From the IMG/VR virus record IMGVR_UViG_3300023174_000039, positions 62,001-126,000 of that record: 64,000 nt of DNA. One strand, given 5' to 3'. Position numbers and translations under genes: made by a program. Positions 9,746 through 19,963 of the stretch are shown piece after piece; the first letter of the stretch is position 1; the number at the start of each line of letters is the position of its first letter. A model generated the notes under the pieces. The model saw only the letters and a program-made list of their open reading frames with translations, was not told the origin of the DNA and made no database searches.

Positions 9746-11049
9746 TGGCAGGCGCAGGGTTTGGACAACCGGGCACATACACGCCATTGCAATTGATTGC
9801 CTGTGCCGGACTACTACAAAATCAAGGTATCAGTGTTCCTACCACATTGACTAATGCAGTGAGTTCTTACAACTCCTTGACCTTTGTTCAAGATCTAATG
9901 AGCACAATTTCTCTTGGACCTGGGTTTGGGTTGAATGCCGGAGTTATTGCAAGTTTAAAAACACTGGGCAATACTGCATGTCCTGCACTTGGTGCCAGTA
10001 TCCCTTCGGCTTATGCCGGAGTCAATCCTTTGATCCCTACAACACAGACTGGTGGGTTTGGTAACCTGGTTGCAGATAATGCCGCACTGTATCTTGGTAA
10101 TGGTGAAGTTGATCGTTTTTGTCAAGCATACCAAATTGTTGCAGGTTACCGTGGCACAGCGAACGAGCTGATACAAAGTGCTGTGAATGCTACCACATAT
10201 CTTGGACCCACATTTACCACAATGAATGATTTGATCACCGGTCAATTTACCAGTGTGAATTTGGCGTTAAAATGTCTAGGCAGGGACCTTGCACAATTAG
10301 GCAATGCAATCAATCTAGCCAGGCTAGATGATTTTGGTACACCAGCCGCTATGTTACAGCAATTGAGTGATGAGGCAAAAATCACAGCAGGTACATTGAG
10401 TTGTGTGGCATTAAAATTAGCAGAGTATGGATTGACTGAAAGCGATATTGTGTTGTTGTGTACACCTGGTGCAAGTACCAGAACCCCTTCAATGAATGAA
10501 TTCAACACTCTCCAGAAGAAAGCATATCAAGCAATGACCGCAATTGACTCGGACTGTTTGAGTTATGTGCTAGATGTTCTAGGGGTAGTAACTCCCAACA
10601 TTGGCACCATGGCTGACCTGTTGGATTTGAAAAAAATCTTGCCTGAAAGTTGGATTTCTCTCACTGTACAGTCAACAGCACCGCCAGCACCGCCTCCTAG
10701 TCCAGGATCACCACCAGCATCGGAGTTGACAACTAATCCATTAGCAAGCTCAATATTGATATTCAACACCGACGGTTCAGTAAACCCAGCTTTACAAACT
10801 TCACTGGAATTGACAGCATCGTCTTCGGCATCGGTATCACCATCGTCGTCAGCATCGTCGTCGGGACAACTCCCCCCAACATTTACCAACAGTCTAGCAA
10901 TTACCTTGCCAGGCGGCTGTGACGAATTGGCCAAAATAATACCTCCAGACCAAGCAATAGCAAACAAGGCATTTCAGGCAGGATTACAAAGTGTGGGCGG
11001 AATTTCCACTACCACTTTGCCTAGAGTGGCAACAGCACTGTTAGGATAA
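9745..11049 (+). CDS. putative baseplate/tail structural protein
   Basis: Directly follows PAAR; long Ala/Gly/Thr-rich ORF. Confidence 0.55.
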   Translation: MAGAGFGQPGTYTPLQLIACAGLLQNQGISVPTTLTNAVSSYNSLTFVQDLMSTISLGPGFGLNAGVIASLKTLGNTACPALGASIPSAYAGVNPLIPTTQTGGFGNLVADNAALYLGNGEVDRFCQAYQIVAGYRGTANELIQSAVNATTYLGPTFTTMNDLITGQFTSVNLALKCLGRDLAQLGNAINLARLDDFGTPAAMLQQLSDEAKITAGTLSCVALKLAEYGLTESDIVLLCTPGASTRTPSMNEFNTLQKKAYQAMTAIDSDCLSYVLDVLGVVTPNIGTMADLLDLKKILPESWISLTVQSTAPPAPPPSPGSPPASELTTNPLASSILIFNTDGSVNPALQTSLELTASSSASVSPSSSASSSGQLPPTFTNSLAITLPGGCDELAKIIPPDQAIANKAFQAGLQSVGGISTTTLPRVATALLG

Positions 11050-11052
11050 CAC

Positions 11053-11742
11053 ATGGAAACACTCAAAGGTCTACCTCTAGTTGAAAATGTTACAAAACCT
11101 GTGCCAGACACAGTGACAACTTATTACAAAGATACATTTGCCAAAGGCACAGGAGAGTTTGGTACATTTACCATGCAAGACTTTTTAGGCTCGGCTATAG
11201 GTACAGTAACAACACCAACAATGCAAAATATAGTGGCCACACTGCGCAACATGAATATCACTGCTTTGACAAGTCTATATCACCAGATGTTGCTGACCGT
11301 GCAAGGTGCGTACAATGATCCGTTGTATCCTCCGCAGATAATTATACCTTCAGGACCAGCAGCAGGAACATATGCCAATGGCAATGCCGCATTTACTTCT
11401 GGACTTATACCAGCGGCAAACACATTGATATCAAGTTTGATCTCTACATATCCTTCTGCTACCAGTTCGTTGAACAATAGCACATCTGCCATTTGTGAAC
11501 AATATGTATATGAATATACCAATCAGACCAAAGCAGGGCTAGCATTTGCTGATCTTGTGTCTGGAAGTCAGCAGGCTACCATCAGTTTTGCAAGCGGACT
11601 AGCATCAGCAGGATTAGACACACAGATTGGCGGACAAAGCAGTTACCTTTCAACTGTGGCAAATACAGCGACTCAGACTGGACAAGCAATTCTTGGAGCA
11701 TTGCGAGAAGGTCGGAACAACACATTAATGGACAAAACATGA
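11053..11742 (+). CDS. putative structural protein (in frame with upstream ORF)
   Basis: Separated from 9745..11049 only by TAA-CAC. Confidence 0.55.
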   Translation: METLKGLPLVENVTKPVPDTVTTYYKDTFAKGTGEFGTFTMQDFLGSAIGTVTTPTMQNIVATLRNMNITALTSLYHQMLLTVQGAYNDPLYPPQIIIPSGPAAGTYANGNAAFTSGLIPAANTLISSLISTYPSATSSLNNSTSAICEQYVYEYTNQTKAGLAFADLVSGSQQATISFASGLASAGLDTQIGGQSSYLSTVANTATQTGQAILGALREGRNNTLMDKT

Positions 11743-12902
11743 GCATCAAACATGATAATGTTGTTCCCAGCAATTGGCCCGGAGTACAAGAGTCTACTGG
11801 AATTCCGTCGGCTATTGTATCGTCAGTTGATCCTGCCACACGAGGCACTGTTAGGTATCTTAATTCACGTGGCCAAGGGCAACAAGCACTGCTAGTAAAT
11901 AATACATTGCCACCTCAAGCATTGCCTCCGGTGGCCAAGTATCAAGTGCCTGGTAATGCAAACTCTACAGACTATTCATGTGGCAACGAAGCAAGAGAAA
12001 AAATATTAAATGAACCGATCCCAGCTCCACCAGTTATTGTTGAAGTACTGGGATTTTATGCAAATGACGACTCTATGCCCCTGGGATATGATCCCACACT
12101 ACCAGCAAGTCAGTTGATAGTCAACACTGACTTCTGGGTAAATCTAAGGATACAGCCCAGTGTCGGATTGGATGGATTTGATCCCACTATTATATTCTTA
12201 AACAACAACATTGACGGCACCGCTTATCCTAGCCCCGCTGGGTATCCAGGTACTTTTGCTGGTAATGGCGCATCAGACTTTGGCGGAGCAGTTTATAAAG
12301 TCCCTAGCTTTTATATAGGTCAAGTGGGCCTGGCCACAATGACATTCACTGCCGGACAGCCAACAGTTAATACAACATTTGGTACTGCAACAGGAGCGAT
12401 TCCAATTGTGTCTGTGCCCACAGTGGTAGTAGCCACCGTTGAACAACAAGGATGGTTTCCTGGGATACCGGCACCCTTACCTGAAGATCCTACACCTCCT
12501 GCGGCGACTGTTCCTGAAACAGCCGATGCAAATGTTGATTCGGTGTATGTTGGCCAGGCATTGCAACTGGCAATAGTTGGTCCTCCATCTGCAACATATT
12601 CTTACACTCTGCCCTGGGCATCAGGAACCAGCACTACTGACTCAAATGGTAGAGGCATCATACCTGGCATTGCCATGCAAGCCGGCACCTGGCCGTTTAC
12701 CGTGATATTCTCAGGAATTGCACCTGTGTCCAAAACATTCTTAGTGATGGATAGTTACACTGCACCTGACGGATTCAATGGCAGTGATGCCGACGGCAAT
12801 GCAGCCTCTGCCGATGGTGACGGTGACGGAGGTGATGGGGATGGTGGAGATGGCGGTGGCGGCGACGGTGGTGGTGGTGGCGGGGGCGGGGGCGCCATGT
12901 AA
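11739..12902 (+). CDS. putative structural protein with Ig-like beta domains and Gly/Asp tail
   Basis: Pro/Thr/Val-rich beta-type sequence; GGDG repeats at the C-terminus. Confidence 0.55.
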   Translation: MSIKHDNVVPSNWPGVQESTGIPSAIVSSVDPATRGTVRYLNSRGQGQQALLVNNTLPPQALPPVAKYQVPGNANSTDYSCGNEAREKILNEPIPAPPVIVEVLGFYANDDSMPLGYDPTLPASQLIVNTDFWVNLRIQPSVGLDGFDPTIIFLNNNIDGTAYPSPAGYPGTFAGNGASDFGGAVYKVPSFYIGQVGLATMTFTAGQPTVNTTFGTATGAIPIVSVPTVVVATVEQQGWFPGIPAPLPEDPTPPAATVPETADANVDSVYVGQALQLAIVGPPSATYSYTLPWASGTSTTDSNGRGIIPGIAMQAGTWPFTVIFSGIAPVSKTFLVMDSYTAPDGFNGSDADGNAASADGDGDGGDGDGGDGGGGDGGGGGGGGGAM

Positions 12903-12922
12903 AATAGCCCAAAAATTCACTC

Positions 12923-12952
12923 AAAAATGTGGCTTTTTAGCCACATTTTTTT
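12923..12952 (+). terminator. hairpin/palindrome AAAAATGTGGCT-TTTT-AGCCACATTTTT (terminator or operator)
   Basis: Perfect 12-bp inverted repeat followed by Ts, immediately before a promoter. Confidence 0.7.
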
Positions 12953-13008
12953 GGTTGACCAATAATTCCCCATTTGCTATAATACTTGTATAGTAATTAA
13001 AAAGGAGT
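12951..13008 (+). promoter_or_regulatory. phage early sigma70 promoter cassette, copy 1
   Basis: TTGACC(12955)-17-TATAAT(12978), then SD AAGGAG. Confidence 0.9.
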
Positions 13009-13013
13009 TAGCA

Positions 13014-13289
13014 ATGCGAGCACTTTCTACATTTATTGACAACAAAAACCGTTATGCCAGTCTGTTCCGAGGCCAGCGTACAGAACCCTTGTACGAAGTT
13101 CAAACAGTCGCTGGTCGCATGCGTGTGGCCAAAATGATTGATTCAGACCTGAGCCCAGAGAATCTTTCTTGCGATGGTGAATTGCCCAGAGCAGAAGTTA
13201 ACAGACGCTACCGCGAACTCACAGCGGCCGCCCGAGATCTTATTAAATTAGACCCTTCAATGGCTCAACACATGTACGAATTTGGTTGA
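13014..13289 (+). CDS. early hypothetical protein
   Basis: LSPENLSCDGE motif; SD AAGGAG; stop lies inside the next -35. Confidence 0.75.
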   Translation: MRALSTFIDNKNRYASLFRGQRTEPLYEVQTVAGRMRVAKMIDSDLSPENLSCDGELPRAEVNRRYRELTAAARDLIKLDPSMAQHMYEFG

Positions 13290-13337
13290 CCAATAAATCC
13301 CAATTTGTTATAATACTTGTATAGTAACTAAAAGGAG
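13282..13337 (+). promoter_or_regulatory. phage early sigma70 promoter cassette, copy 2
   Basis: TTGACC(13286)-17-TATAAT(13309), SD AAGGAG. Confidence 0.9.
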
Positions 13338-13343
13338 TCCTGA

Positions 13344-13616
13344 ATGAACGTCAAAGAAATTAATTCTGCTATTATGTTTGGTAATCTCACCAATGACGAA
13401 CTGTCTACAGTAATTGATGCTGTGAAGTTTGCTCGTTCTCAACTTACTCAACAAAAGAAACGTATTTTTTCAATTGGTGATTCCGTAAAGTTCACCAGCA
13501 ATCGCAACGGCCTAACCTACGTGGGCACCGTGCGCAAGGTCAAAATCAAATTTGTTCTGGTTAACACACCTGGCGGCCTGTTCAATGTACCGGCCAACAT
13601 GTTGGAGGCAGCATGA
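13344..13616 (+). CDS. early hypothetical protein (SH3/KOW-like C-terminus)
   Basis: IGDSVKF...GTVRKVKIK...NVPANML. Confidence 0.7.
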   Translation: MNVKEINSAIMFGNLTNDELSTVIDAVKFARSQLTQQKKRIFSIGDSVKFTSNRNGLTYVGTVRKVKIKFVLVNTPGGLFNVPANMLEAA

Positions 13617-13783
13617 CCATCAAGCCCTTTCGCATCTGGCTTACCGATGTATGGCGAGACAATTGTGAAGAGAACGATGGCTGGGGTCAGCCTAGAATGA
13701 CCATGCCAGAATATTTTGCAAAATACAAGTGGTGGCTCAAACGTGAGTACCAGTATCAAAAAGGAGTTAGACGTGGGTCTTGA
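13613..13783 (+). CDS. small hypothetical protein (56 aa, not in ORF track)
   Basis: MTIKPFRIWL...YFAKYKWWLKREY; ATGA overlap with upstream gene. Confidence 0.65.
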   Translation: MTIKPFRIWLTDVWRDNCEENDGWGQPRMTMPEYFAKYKWWLKREYQYQKGVRRGS

Positions 13784-14177
13784 TATGTATGCATATGTGG
13801 CCGCTAGAGCAGACCAGCAACGTGAATTCTACGATGGGTGTGAGCTCAAGGACGGTGAATACACCAATCCCAATGTAACACAACCACGTGAGATCGCTTA
13901 CTGGCGTAAACATCCTAACCTGCATGGCTGGATGCAAAAACTTTGGGAATCACGTGGTAACTCTGGCGACTTTAATGGTGATGAACTTGAGCTAACATAC
14001 GACGATCTTGAAATATTAGAACTTGATGTTATTGCTGGCACACTGCCTGGCACCACAGGATTCTTTTTTGGTAATGACGCCGATGACCACTACAGGGAAC
14101 AGGATCTTGAGTTCATTAAGAATGCTCGAGCAGAGTTGTTTATGGGTTTAAAAGTGTTTTATAATAGTTCCTGGTAA
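13773..14177 (+). CDS. conserved phage hypothetical protein
   Basis: GTG start after AGGAG; MGLDMY...YWRKHPNLHGWM...GFFFG...YNSSW. Confidence 0.75.
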   Translation: MGLDMYAYVAARADQQREFYDGCELKDGEYTNPNVTQPREIAYWRKHPNLHGWMQKLWESRGNSGDFNGDELELTYDDLEILELDVIAGTLPGTTGFFFGNDADDHYREQDLEFIKNARAELFMGLKVFYNSSW

Positions 14178-14189
14178 TCAAGTAAATAT

Positions 14190-15563
14190 ATGAATGAAAC
14201 AAACTTCTCAGACCCAAGGTTCAGCGGGATAATGGCGGCAGGTTGGATCCGCGATCTCGAAAGCTCGGACAGCCGTATACACAAAGAAAAAACAATTGAA
14301 AAGGCCTTGATGGCAGCCAAACTAGGCAGTGCCGATGCACAGGCCTTCTTGTTCAACTGTTACCAAGCCTACAATCCTTTCTATGTGTTTGGCGTTCGAC
14401 AAGTGCCAGAAACTCAAGGGTTGACTGGCCAACCAAACCATTGGCCTGGATTTTGGGCCTTGCTAGAAAGTCTGCGTACTCGTAGTATCACTGGCAATCG
14501 CGCAAGAGAAGCAATCGAAACTTGCAGTCAGATGTTTGACTCAGAAGAGTGGAATGGACTGGCTCGACGTGTGTTAATCAAAGACTTGCGATGCGGTATC
14601 ACAGACAAAACGCTCAACAAAGTACTGAGCAAAACAGAATACAAAATTCCCGTGTTCAGTTGCCAACTAGCACAAGACTCTACGGACCATCCCAAAAAGC
14701 TCAAAGGCATCAAGCGCCTTGAGTGCAAGCTAGATGGTGTACGTGTGTTGGCAGTGGTGTCAGGTGATGCGTGTACCTTGTACAGTCGCAATGGCAAAGA
14801 GTTTGAGAACTTCCCACAGATTGCTGACTTCATTGAAGAGCATCGTAAATCTTTTCAACACAGCTCGGGGTTCGGTGGACAGTTTGTGTTAGATGGTGAG
14901 ATTGTGGGCAAGAATTTTCAAGACTTGATGAAACAGGCTCAACGCAAGAGCAATGCCAAAACAACCAACATGGTTTATCATGTGTTTGACATCTTGCCTC
15001 TGACCGAGTTCCGTGAAGGCTTTTGTAATTTGCAACAGCACAAACGTATTGATTTGCTGAAACGTGCTCAAGCAACGTTGCCGGAAAAAGGTTGTGTGCA
15101 GATCATGCCTGGAATGGATGTGGACCTGGACACCGCAGAAGGACATGATGTCATGCGCAGATTTGCCGAAGCTTCAGTAGAAGAAGGTTACGAAGGCATC
15201 ATGATCAAGAGCATGGATGCACCTTATGAATGCAAACGCAGTGACTTTTGGATGAAATGGAAACCCACTATCACAGTTGATCTCGATATTGTGGGTTTTG
15301 AAGAAGGTACTGGTCGCAATGCAGGCCGGTTGGGTGCTATAATATGTGAAGGGGAAGACAGTGGGCGAAAAATTCGTGTTAATGTTGGCAGCGGCTTCAG
15401 CGATAGCGATCGTGATGAGTATTGGCTCAACCGGGATACACTTCTTGGTAACGTGGTTGAAGTCGAAGCTGACGTTGTTACCCAAAATCAAGACGGATCA
15501 TATAGCCTGAGATTCCCTCGCTTTATGAGATTTCGTGGATTTGAACCAGGAGAAAAACTTTGA
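14190..15563 (+). CDS. ATP-dependent DNA ligase
   Basis: ECKLDGVR (KxDG), LDGEI, EGIMIK, WMKWK, SLRFPRF. Confidence 0.96.
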   Translation: MNETNFSDPRFSGIMAAGWIRDLESSDSRIHKEKTIEKALMAAKLGSADAQAFLFNCYQAYNPFYVFGVRQVPETQGLTGQPNHWPGFWALLESLRTRSITGNRAREAIETCSQMFDSEEWNGLARRVLIKDLRCGITDKTLNKVLSKTEYKIPVFSCQLAQDSTDHPKKLKGIKRLECKLDGVRVLAVVSGDACTLYSRNGKEFENFPQIADFIEEHRKSFQHSSGFGGQFVLDGEIVGKNFQDLMKQAQRKSNAKTTNMVYHVFDILPLTEFREGFCNLQQHKRIDLLKRAQATLPEKGCVQIMPGMDVDLDTAEGHDVMRRFAEASVEEGYEGIMIKSMDAPYECKRSDFWMKWKPTITVDLDIVGFEEGTGRNAGRLGAIICEGEDSGRKIRVNVGSGFSDSDRDEYWLNRDTLLGNVVEVEADVVTQNQDGSYSLRFPRFMRFRGFEPGEKL

Positions 15564-15991
15564 AAATTGGACTCAGTTATAGTCGGTGTGTGCGAGACAT
15601 TGTTGATGGTCGAGTAGACATTGATGATGTGCTGGTTATCATTGCTCGCACTGATTTTGATCCCAACAATGACGAGCAATGGCAGGGTATCTGGGAAGGA
15701 TACGGAGGAGGTCAAACCTTTGGCAATCCATTTGGAGGCCACGAGTGGATGGACTACTCAGCTGAACACGAACACAAGTTTCGACAGGTCACAATTGACT
15801 TGTGGAATCAAGGCAAGTTTCACCAGCCACGTAAGTTTGGTGCACAACCTGCTCGCCGACCTGAATTTTGGTTGGAAGCGGTGTTACCCAGCGAAGAGCT
15901 GGAACACAATGCCGCGGCAAAAGATGCATGGAACAAGTTTCAAATGGTGGCCAGCCTAACCAATGTTAAATTAAACAAGGACTATCAATGA
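15560..15991 (+). CDS. hypothetical protein
   Basis: Overlaps ligase stop; IGLSYSRCVRDI...GKFHQPR. Confidence 0.7.
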   Translation: MKIGLSYSRCVRDIVDGRVDIDDVLVIIARTDFDPNNDEQWQGIWEGYGGGQTFGNPFGGHEWMDYSAEHEHKFRQVTIDLWNQGKFHQPRKFGAQPARRPEFWLEAVLPSEELEHNAAAKDAWNKFQMVASLTNVKLNKDYQ

Positions 15992-16215
15992 GTAGACGTA
16001 TTGGACCTATCACACTAGACGGCGACACCGCCGATCGTATTACCTTACTTACTTTAAAAGAGTACCGGGCGTATCTCAAGAAAGAACTTACAGAGTGGAA
16101 AAAGAATCCCAAGACTGATACCAACCCAGGAGGTGTTTGGTTGCACTCTGAAGATGTTGTGACCAACACTCAGGTAATTGAAGCACTGACCACAGTTATA
16201 AAGCAATACGAATGA
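15988..16215 (+). CDS. hypothetical protein
   Basis: ATGA-coupled ORF. Confidence 0.65.
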   Translation: MSRRIGPITLDGDTADRITLLTLKEYRAYLKKELTEWKKNPKTDTNPGGVWLHSEDVVTNTQVIEALTTVIKQYE

Positions 16216-16442
16216 AAGCACAATCAGCAAACGGTGTAACCGGACACCTAATACAGATATTCACAGGACAAACTGTGTTTCGAGTGTACGATGACAATCA
16301 AAACTTTGTTGACTACGACTTGCGACACAGCGATTTAACTGTTACAATTACAGATGAAGATGCATATTTTTATCGTGACGAATACAACGATGTGCTAGAT
16401 CACGCACCAGAAACATTAGGAAAATACGATGGCAAAAACTAA
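16212..16442 (+). CDS. hypothetical protein
   Basis: ATGA-coupled ORF. Confidence 0.65.
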   Translation: MKAQSANGVTGHLIQIFTGQTVFRVYDDNQNFVDYDLRHSDLTVTITDEDAYFYRDEYNDVLDHAPETLGKYDGKN

Positions 16443-16641
16443 AGCAGTAAATAAAATCAGTGACAAGTTGGCCAAGGTCAACGAGTCATTCACAGTATAC
16501 ATGTATGACAATGCATACATGATTGAAGTATCAGGGCGCGACAGCGAGAATGAATATAAAACGGTCAAGCTCATGGTTCCTACCTTGGACCAGCTACAGG
16601 CCTTGATCAAAGAAACTACAGAAATGGAAAAGGACGATTAA
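16429..16641 (+). CDS. hypothetical protein
   Basis: SD AGGA; operon context. Confidence 0.65.
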   Translation: MAKTKAVNKISDKLAKVNESFTVYMYDNAYMIEVSGRDSENEYKTVKLMVPTLDQLQALIKETTEMEKDD

Positions 16642-16643
16642 TT

Positions 16644-17168
16644 ATGACACAGAACAAAATACCCAGTGTAACATTTGCGTTTCGTGAGGGCGACGAAGAA
16701 CCCAAAGGCGGTGGCTGCCCAATTGGCGGAGCATTTGTTTTTAAAACAACCGATGAGTTGTTTGCCAAAAAGAAAGTGATACTGTTTAGCTTGCCCGGTG
16801 CATTCACACCCACTTGCTCAACATATCAGTTGCCCGGGTTTGAAAAACAATACAAGAACTTCCAGGCTCGCGGCATTGATGAGATCTACTGCATCAGCGT
16901 CAACGACGGGTTTGTTATGAATGAATGGGCACGTTCGCTAAAAATCAAGAATGTCAAGGTCATTCCTGATGGTGCTGGCTTGTTTACAGACGCCATGGGC
17001 ATGTTGGTTGACATGAGTGCCATTGGATTTGCCTGGCGCAGTCGCCGATATGCAGCCGTGATCAACGACGGTGTAATTGAGCACATGTTTTTAGAACCTG
17101 ATTCAAGCGAAACAGATCCTGATCCATATGGTGTTTCCAGTCCTGAAAATTTGATGAAGCACCTTTAA
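16644..17168 (+). CDS. peroxiredoxin (Prx5/redoxin family)
   Basis: LPGAFTPTCS, SVND.FVM..W, RSRRYA. Confidence 0.93.
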   Translation: MTQNKIPSVTFAFREGDEEPKGGGCPIGGAFVFKTTDELFAKKKVILFSLPGAFTPTCSTYQLPGFEKQYKNFQARGIDEIYCISVNDGFVMNEWARSLKIKNVKVIPDGAGLFTDAMGMLVDMSAIGFAWRSRRYAAVINDGVIEHMFLEPDSSETDPDPYGVSSPENLMKHL

Positions 17169-17177
17169 GGAAACGTC

Positions 17178-17543
17178 ATGTTCAGTGTTTTGAAGTTTAT
17201 TTACATTGTGTTCAAGGCCTTTAGAGACGGATTAAACCCCAATCTTAACAGCCTGCGGTATGCACCAACATATGTAAAATATCTAACCAGCATTTTGCTA
17301 GCCTGTTTTTGGTGTCTAGCATTTGGTATCTATATTGGCGAACTATTGATCATTGGTTATAACATGATTGGACACATTGCTCTCATCAGCATGGCCTTTG
17401 CCACAGGCATTGTCATGCAGGTGTTTAAACGCACATACGGCCCTAGGCTAGGAACTGAAGATTATCTCCGCCAGCCTGACAGAAGCAGTCGGTGTGATGA
17501 ACTCACAGATGAACAACGTAGAGAACTGGCCACACGAATATGA
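17178..17543 (+). CDS. membrane hypothetical protein
   Basis: Two TM-like segments. Confidence 0.65.
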   Translation: MFSVLKFIYIVFKAFRDGLNPNLNSLRYAPTYVKYLTSILLACFWCLAFGIYIGELLIIGYNMIGHIALISMAFATGIVMQVFKRTYGPRLGTEDYLRQPDRSSRCDELTDEQRRELATRI

Positions 17544-17704
17544 ACGATTTGAAATTTACCACTGCTGGTGAGTACATGAAGGACGACAGGTGCGATGGTA
17601 CCTGTATCATTGACACAGAAGATGAATGTTGGTGCGGACGCAAATGGGATGGACAAAAGATGTGTTTACCAACAGCAAATGACAATGTGTACTATGGAGC
17701 ATAA
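17540..17704 (+). CDS. small Cys-rich protein (54 aa, not in ORF track)
   Basis: MNDLKFTTAGEYM..C.GTC......CWCG......C; fills the gap with an ATGA overlap. Confidence 0.55.
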   Translation: MNDLKFTTAGEYMKDDRCDGTCIIDTEDECWCGRKWDGQKMCLPTANDNVYYGA

Positions 17705-17706
17705 CT

Positions 17707-18327
17707 GTGTTAGAAACCATTTGTGATACTCTAGTCGAAGCATACAAACGCAACTGGATTACCAGTCGTGACGGTAATGTTTCAATTCGTCATCATGACC
17801 GTGACCACTTTTATATCACGCCCAGCGGTGTGCGTAAACAGACCATGCAACCAGATCAATTTAAAAAGATCAGTATTCATGGTCTATTATGGCAAGAAGA
17901 ATTCTACACAGACATCAGTGCCAATCTAAGGCCTAGTGGAGAGATTCCCTTGCACTTTGGTCTACAACGAGCAATGGGCCAGCACAGTGCTGATGTTAGA
18001 GTTGTAGTACATCTACATCCTACATATTGTGTAGCGGCTATGCATCGTGGCATTGAATTAAGCAGTCTTGCCAATGACTTTCCAGAGTTAAGCAGGTACA
18101 CTAAGGTGGCACCAAATGTAGGAGATGTAGCACCAATCAGTCAAGAGCTGGCCGATCATTGCCATGAGAATTTGCAGTTAGATGACTCAGGTAACATTGC
18201 TTACGATATTGTAGGTATTAAAGGTCATGGAGTAGTTGCTATAGATACAAGTCCATGGAGGGCTTTTGAACACATTGAACGATTGGAACATATTTGTCAA
18301 ATTGTATTAGCATCAGGAAAATTTTAA
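17707..18327 (+). CDS. class II aldolase/adducin family protein
   Basis: DGNVS, ITPSG, PSGE..LH, HLHP, GHG. Confidence 0.9.
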   Translation: MLETICDTLVEAYKRNWITSRDGNVSIRHHDRDHFYITPSGVRKQTMQPDQFKKISIHGLLWQEEFYTDISANLRPSGEIPLHFGLQRAMGQHSADVRVVVHLHPTYCVAAMHRGIELSSLANDFPELSRYTKVAPNVGDVAPISQELADHCHENLQLDDSGNIAYDIVGIKGHGVVAIDTSPWRAFEHIERLEHICQIVLASGKF

Positions 18328-18337
18328 GGAGAAAATT

Positions 18338-19027
18338 ATGTTTGAAACAACTTATGAAAATGGAATGTCATATCGTTCCGCAAGTGAGATTAATTCAGCA
18401 ATGGGCCGTGTATATGGACACATGAGCCTTGCTGTCGTTGTATCAATGATTGTCAGTTACTTTGTGGGCACTAGTCCAGAGTTGTTGGCATTCTTTTTTA
18501 CAGGATGGATGAAGTGGATTGTAATTTTTGCACCACTAGTGGCTATTTTTGGTGTTAGCATGGTACTAAGTAATAATCCTAGTAAAGGCGTAGCACAGTT
18601 ATGTTTACACGGCTTTGCGGCTTTGATGGGATTGAGCTTTGCCACAATTTTTGCTGTGTTTAACATGGGCAGTATTGTGTCGGCCTTTATGGGCGCGGCC
18701 ATCTTGTTTGGTGTCATGAGTGGCTATGGCTACTTTACCAAACAGAGTCTAGACAGTATGGGTAAGTTTATGATTGTGGGTTTGATTGCCATCTGCATTG
18801 CCAGTATCGTTAATATCTTTATTGGCAGCACCGTGATGCAGATGGTGATCTCCGCATTGGCCATCATCATCTTCTTAGGCTTAACAGCCTATGACACACA
18901 AAAGATTCGTGAAGAACTTTCGGTAGAGACTGGAGATGCCGTCGAAGTAACTGGGGCATTGACTCTGTACATGGACTTTATCAACTTGTTCCTAAATCTG
19001 TTACAGTTATTTGGTGATAGGAAGTAA
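18338..19027 (+). CDS. Bax inhibitor-1/YccA family membrane protein
   Basis: 7 TM segments; AYDTQKI, LYMDFINLFLNLL. Confidence 0.93.
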   Translation: MFETTYENGMSYRSASEINSAMGRVYGHMSLAVVVSMIVSYFVGTSPELLAFFFTGWMKWIVIFAPLVAIFGVSMVLSNNPSKGVAQLCLHGFAALMGLSFATIFAVFNMGSIVSAFMGAAILFGVMSGYGYFTKQSLDSMGKFMIVGLIAICIASIVNIFIGSTVMQMVISALAIIIFLGLTAYDTQKIREELSVETGDAVEVTGALTLYMDFINLFLNLLQLFGDRK

Positions 19028-19028
19028 C

Positions 19029-19442
19029 ATGGCAAACTGGACACTAAAAACACTGCACAAAAAGTCTGCTATTGAAAAACAGTTCTGGTGCAAAGACGGC
19101 AAAGTCATCATTCGTGAAGAAGGATATCGCTGGGGAGAATTCTATTGCGAAAGCGATGAACAACCTGTTATCGAATCCATTGATGGAGAATACAATCTAA
19201 GCGAAAGCGAATACGATTGGGAACTTTCAAGTCTTGATGACGGGTGTTGGTCTGAATGGATATTTCCTGAAGACATGACGGAAGAAGAGCAATCAGAAAT
19301 TGAAACAGCCTGGGATGAAGATTACTTTGATGGCATGGAAGAATTGGGCTGGACCAATGATGACACAGACTACATCTTGCAAGGTCCGTTGGAATTAACC
19401 GACGAAGAAGGTAATGTAGTATACGAGGGCAAAGATGAGTAA
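19029..19442 (+). CDS. acidic hypothetical protein
   Basis: KKS..E...EGYRWG motif shared with the next ORF. Confidence 0.7.
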   Translation: MANWTLKTLHKKSAIEKQFWCKDGKVIIREEGYRWGEFYCESDEQPVIESIDGEYNLSESEYDWELSSLDDGCWSEWIFPEDMTEEEQSEIETAWDEDYFDGMEELGWTNDDTDYILQGPLELTDEEGNVVYEGKDE

Positions 19443-19917
19443 AGTATACGTAATCAAACCTCTGGAAAAGAAAAGCATTGTTTATCATGTAGAGATGTTT
19501 CGTGATAATCCGGATGGTAGTACCAGTTGGTTCAACATTGACGAAACCTATCGCTGGGGACAAGGATTTATTGAAGCTGACATGGATGTAAATCTTCCGT
19601 ACAAAGATGACAAGATTGCCTATGCCAAAACTGATGCGGGGTGGGGCTCAGAGTTTGATGACAGCATCAGCATTGATTGGGAATTCAGTGACGATATTAC
19701 AGAACTTGAACAACAAGAACTTAAAGAACTCTACTACGAAGGTGGAGCAGCCTGGCTCTATGACGGAGAGCATGAATGGCAGGAAGAAGACAGTGCTGTG
19801 CATATATACGGACCTTTCCAAGTTAGCCTATGCGAAGATGACGGTACTGTCATTGAAGAAAATGTTAAATTAAAACCTCGACCCGCTGCCAGCAATAACT
19901 GGCCTTTTCCAACGTAA
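19435..19917 (+). CDS. acidic hypothetical protein (paralog-like of previous)
   Basis: KKSI...ETYRWG...W.F.DD.TE.EQ.E. Confidence 0.7.
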   Translation: MSKVYVIKPLEKKSIVYHVEMFRDNPDGSTSWFNIDETYRWGQGFIEADMDVNLPYKDDKIAYAKTDAGWGSEFDDSISIDWEFSDDITELEQQELKELYYEGGAAWLYDGEHEWQEEDSAVHIYGPFQVSLCEDDGTVIEENVKLKPRPAASNNWPFPT

Positions 19918-19930
19918 TTAGCCAGACTCA

Positions 19931-19959
19931 TTGACAATCCTGGATCATGTTGTTATAAT
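19931..19959 (+). promoter_or_regulatory. consensus sigma70 promoter
   Basis: TTGACA-17-TATAAT. Confidence 0.9.
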
Positions 19960-19963
19960 TGTA

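Noticed and set aside
12951-13337. Repeated ~55-nt elements as a CRISPR array
   Set aside because: They are -35/-10/SD promoter cassettes separated by whole genes, not by 30-40 nt spacers; no cas operon
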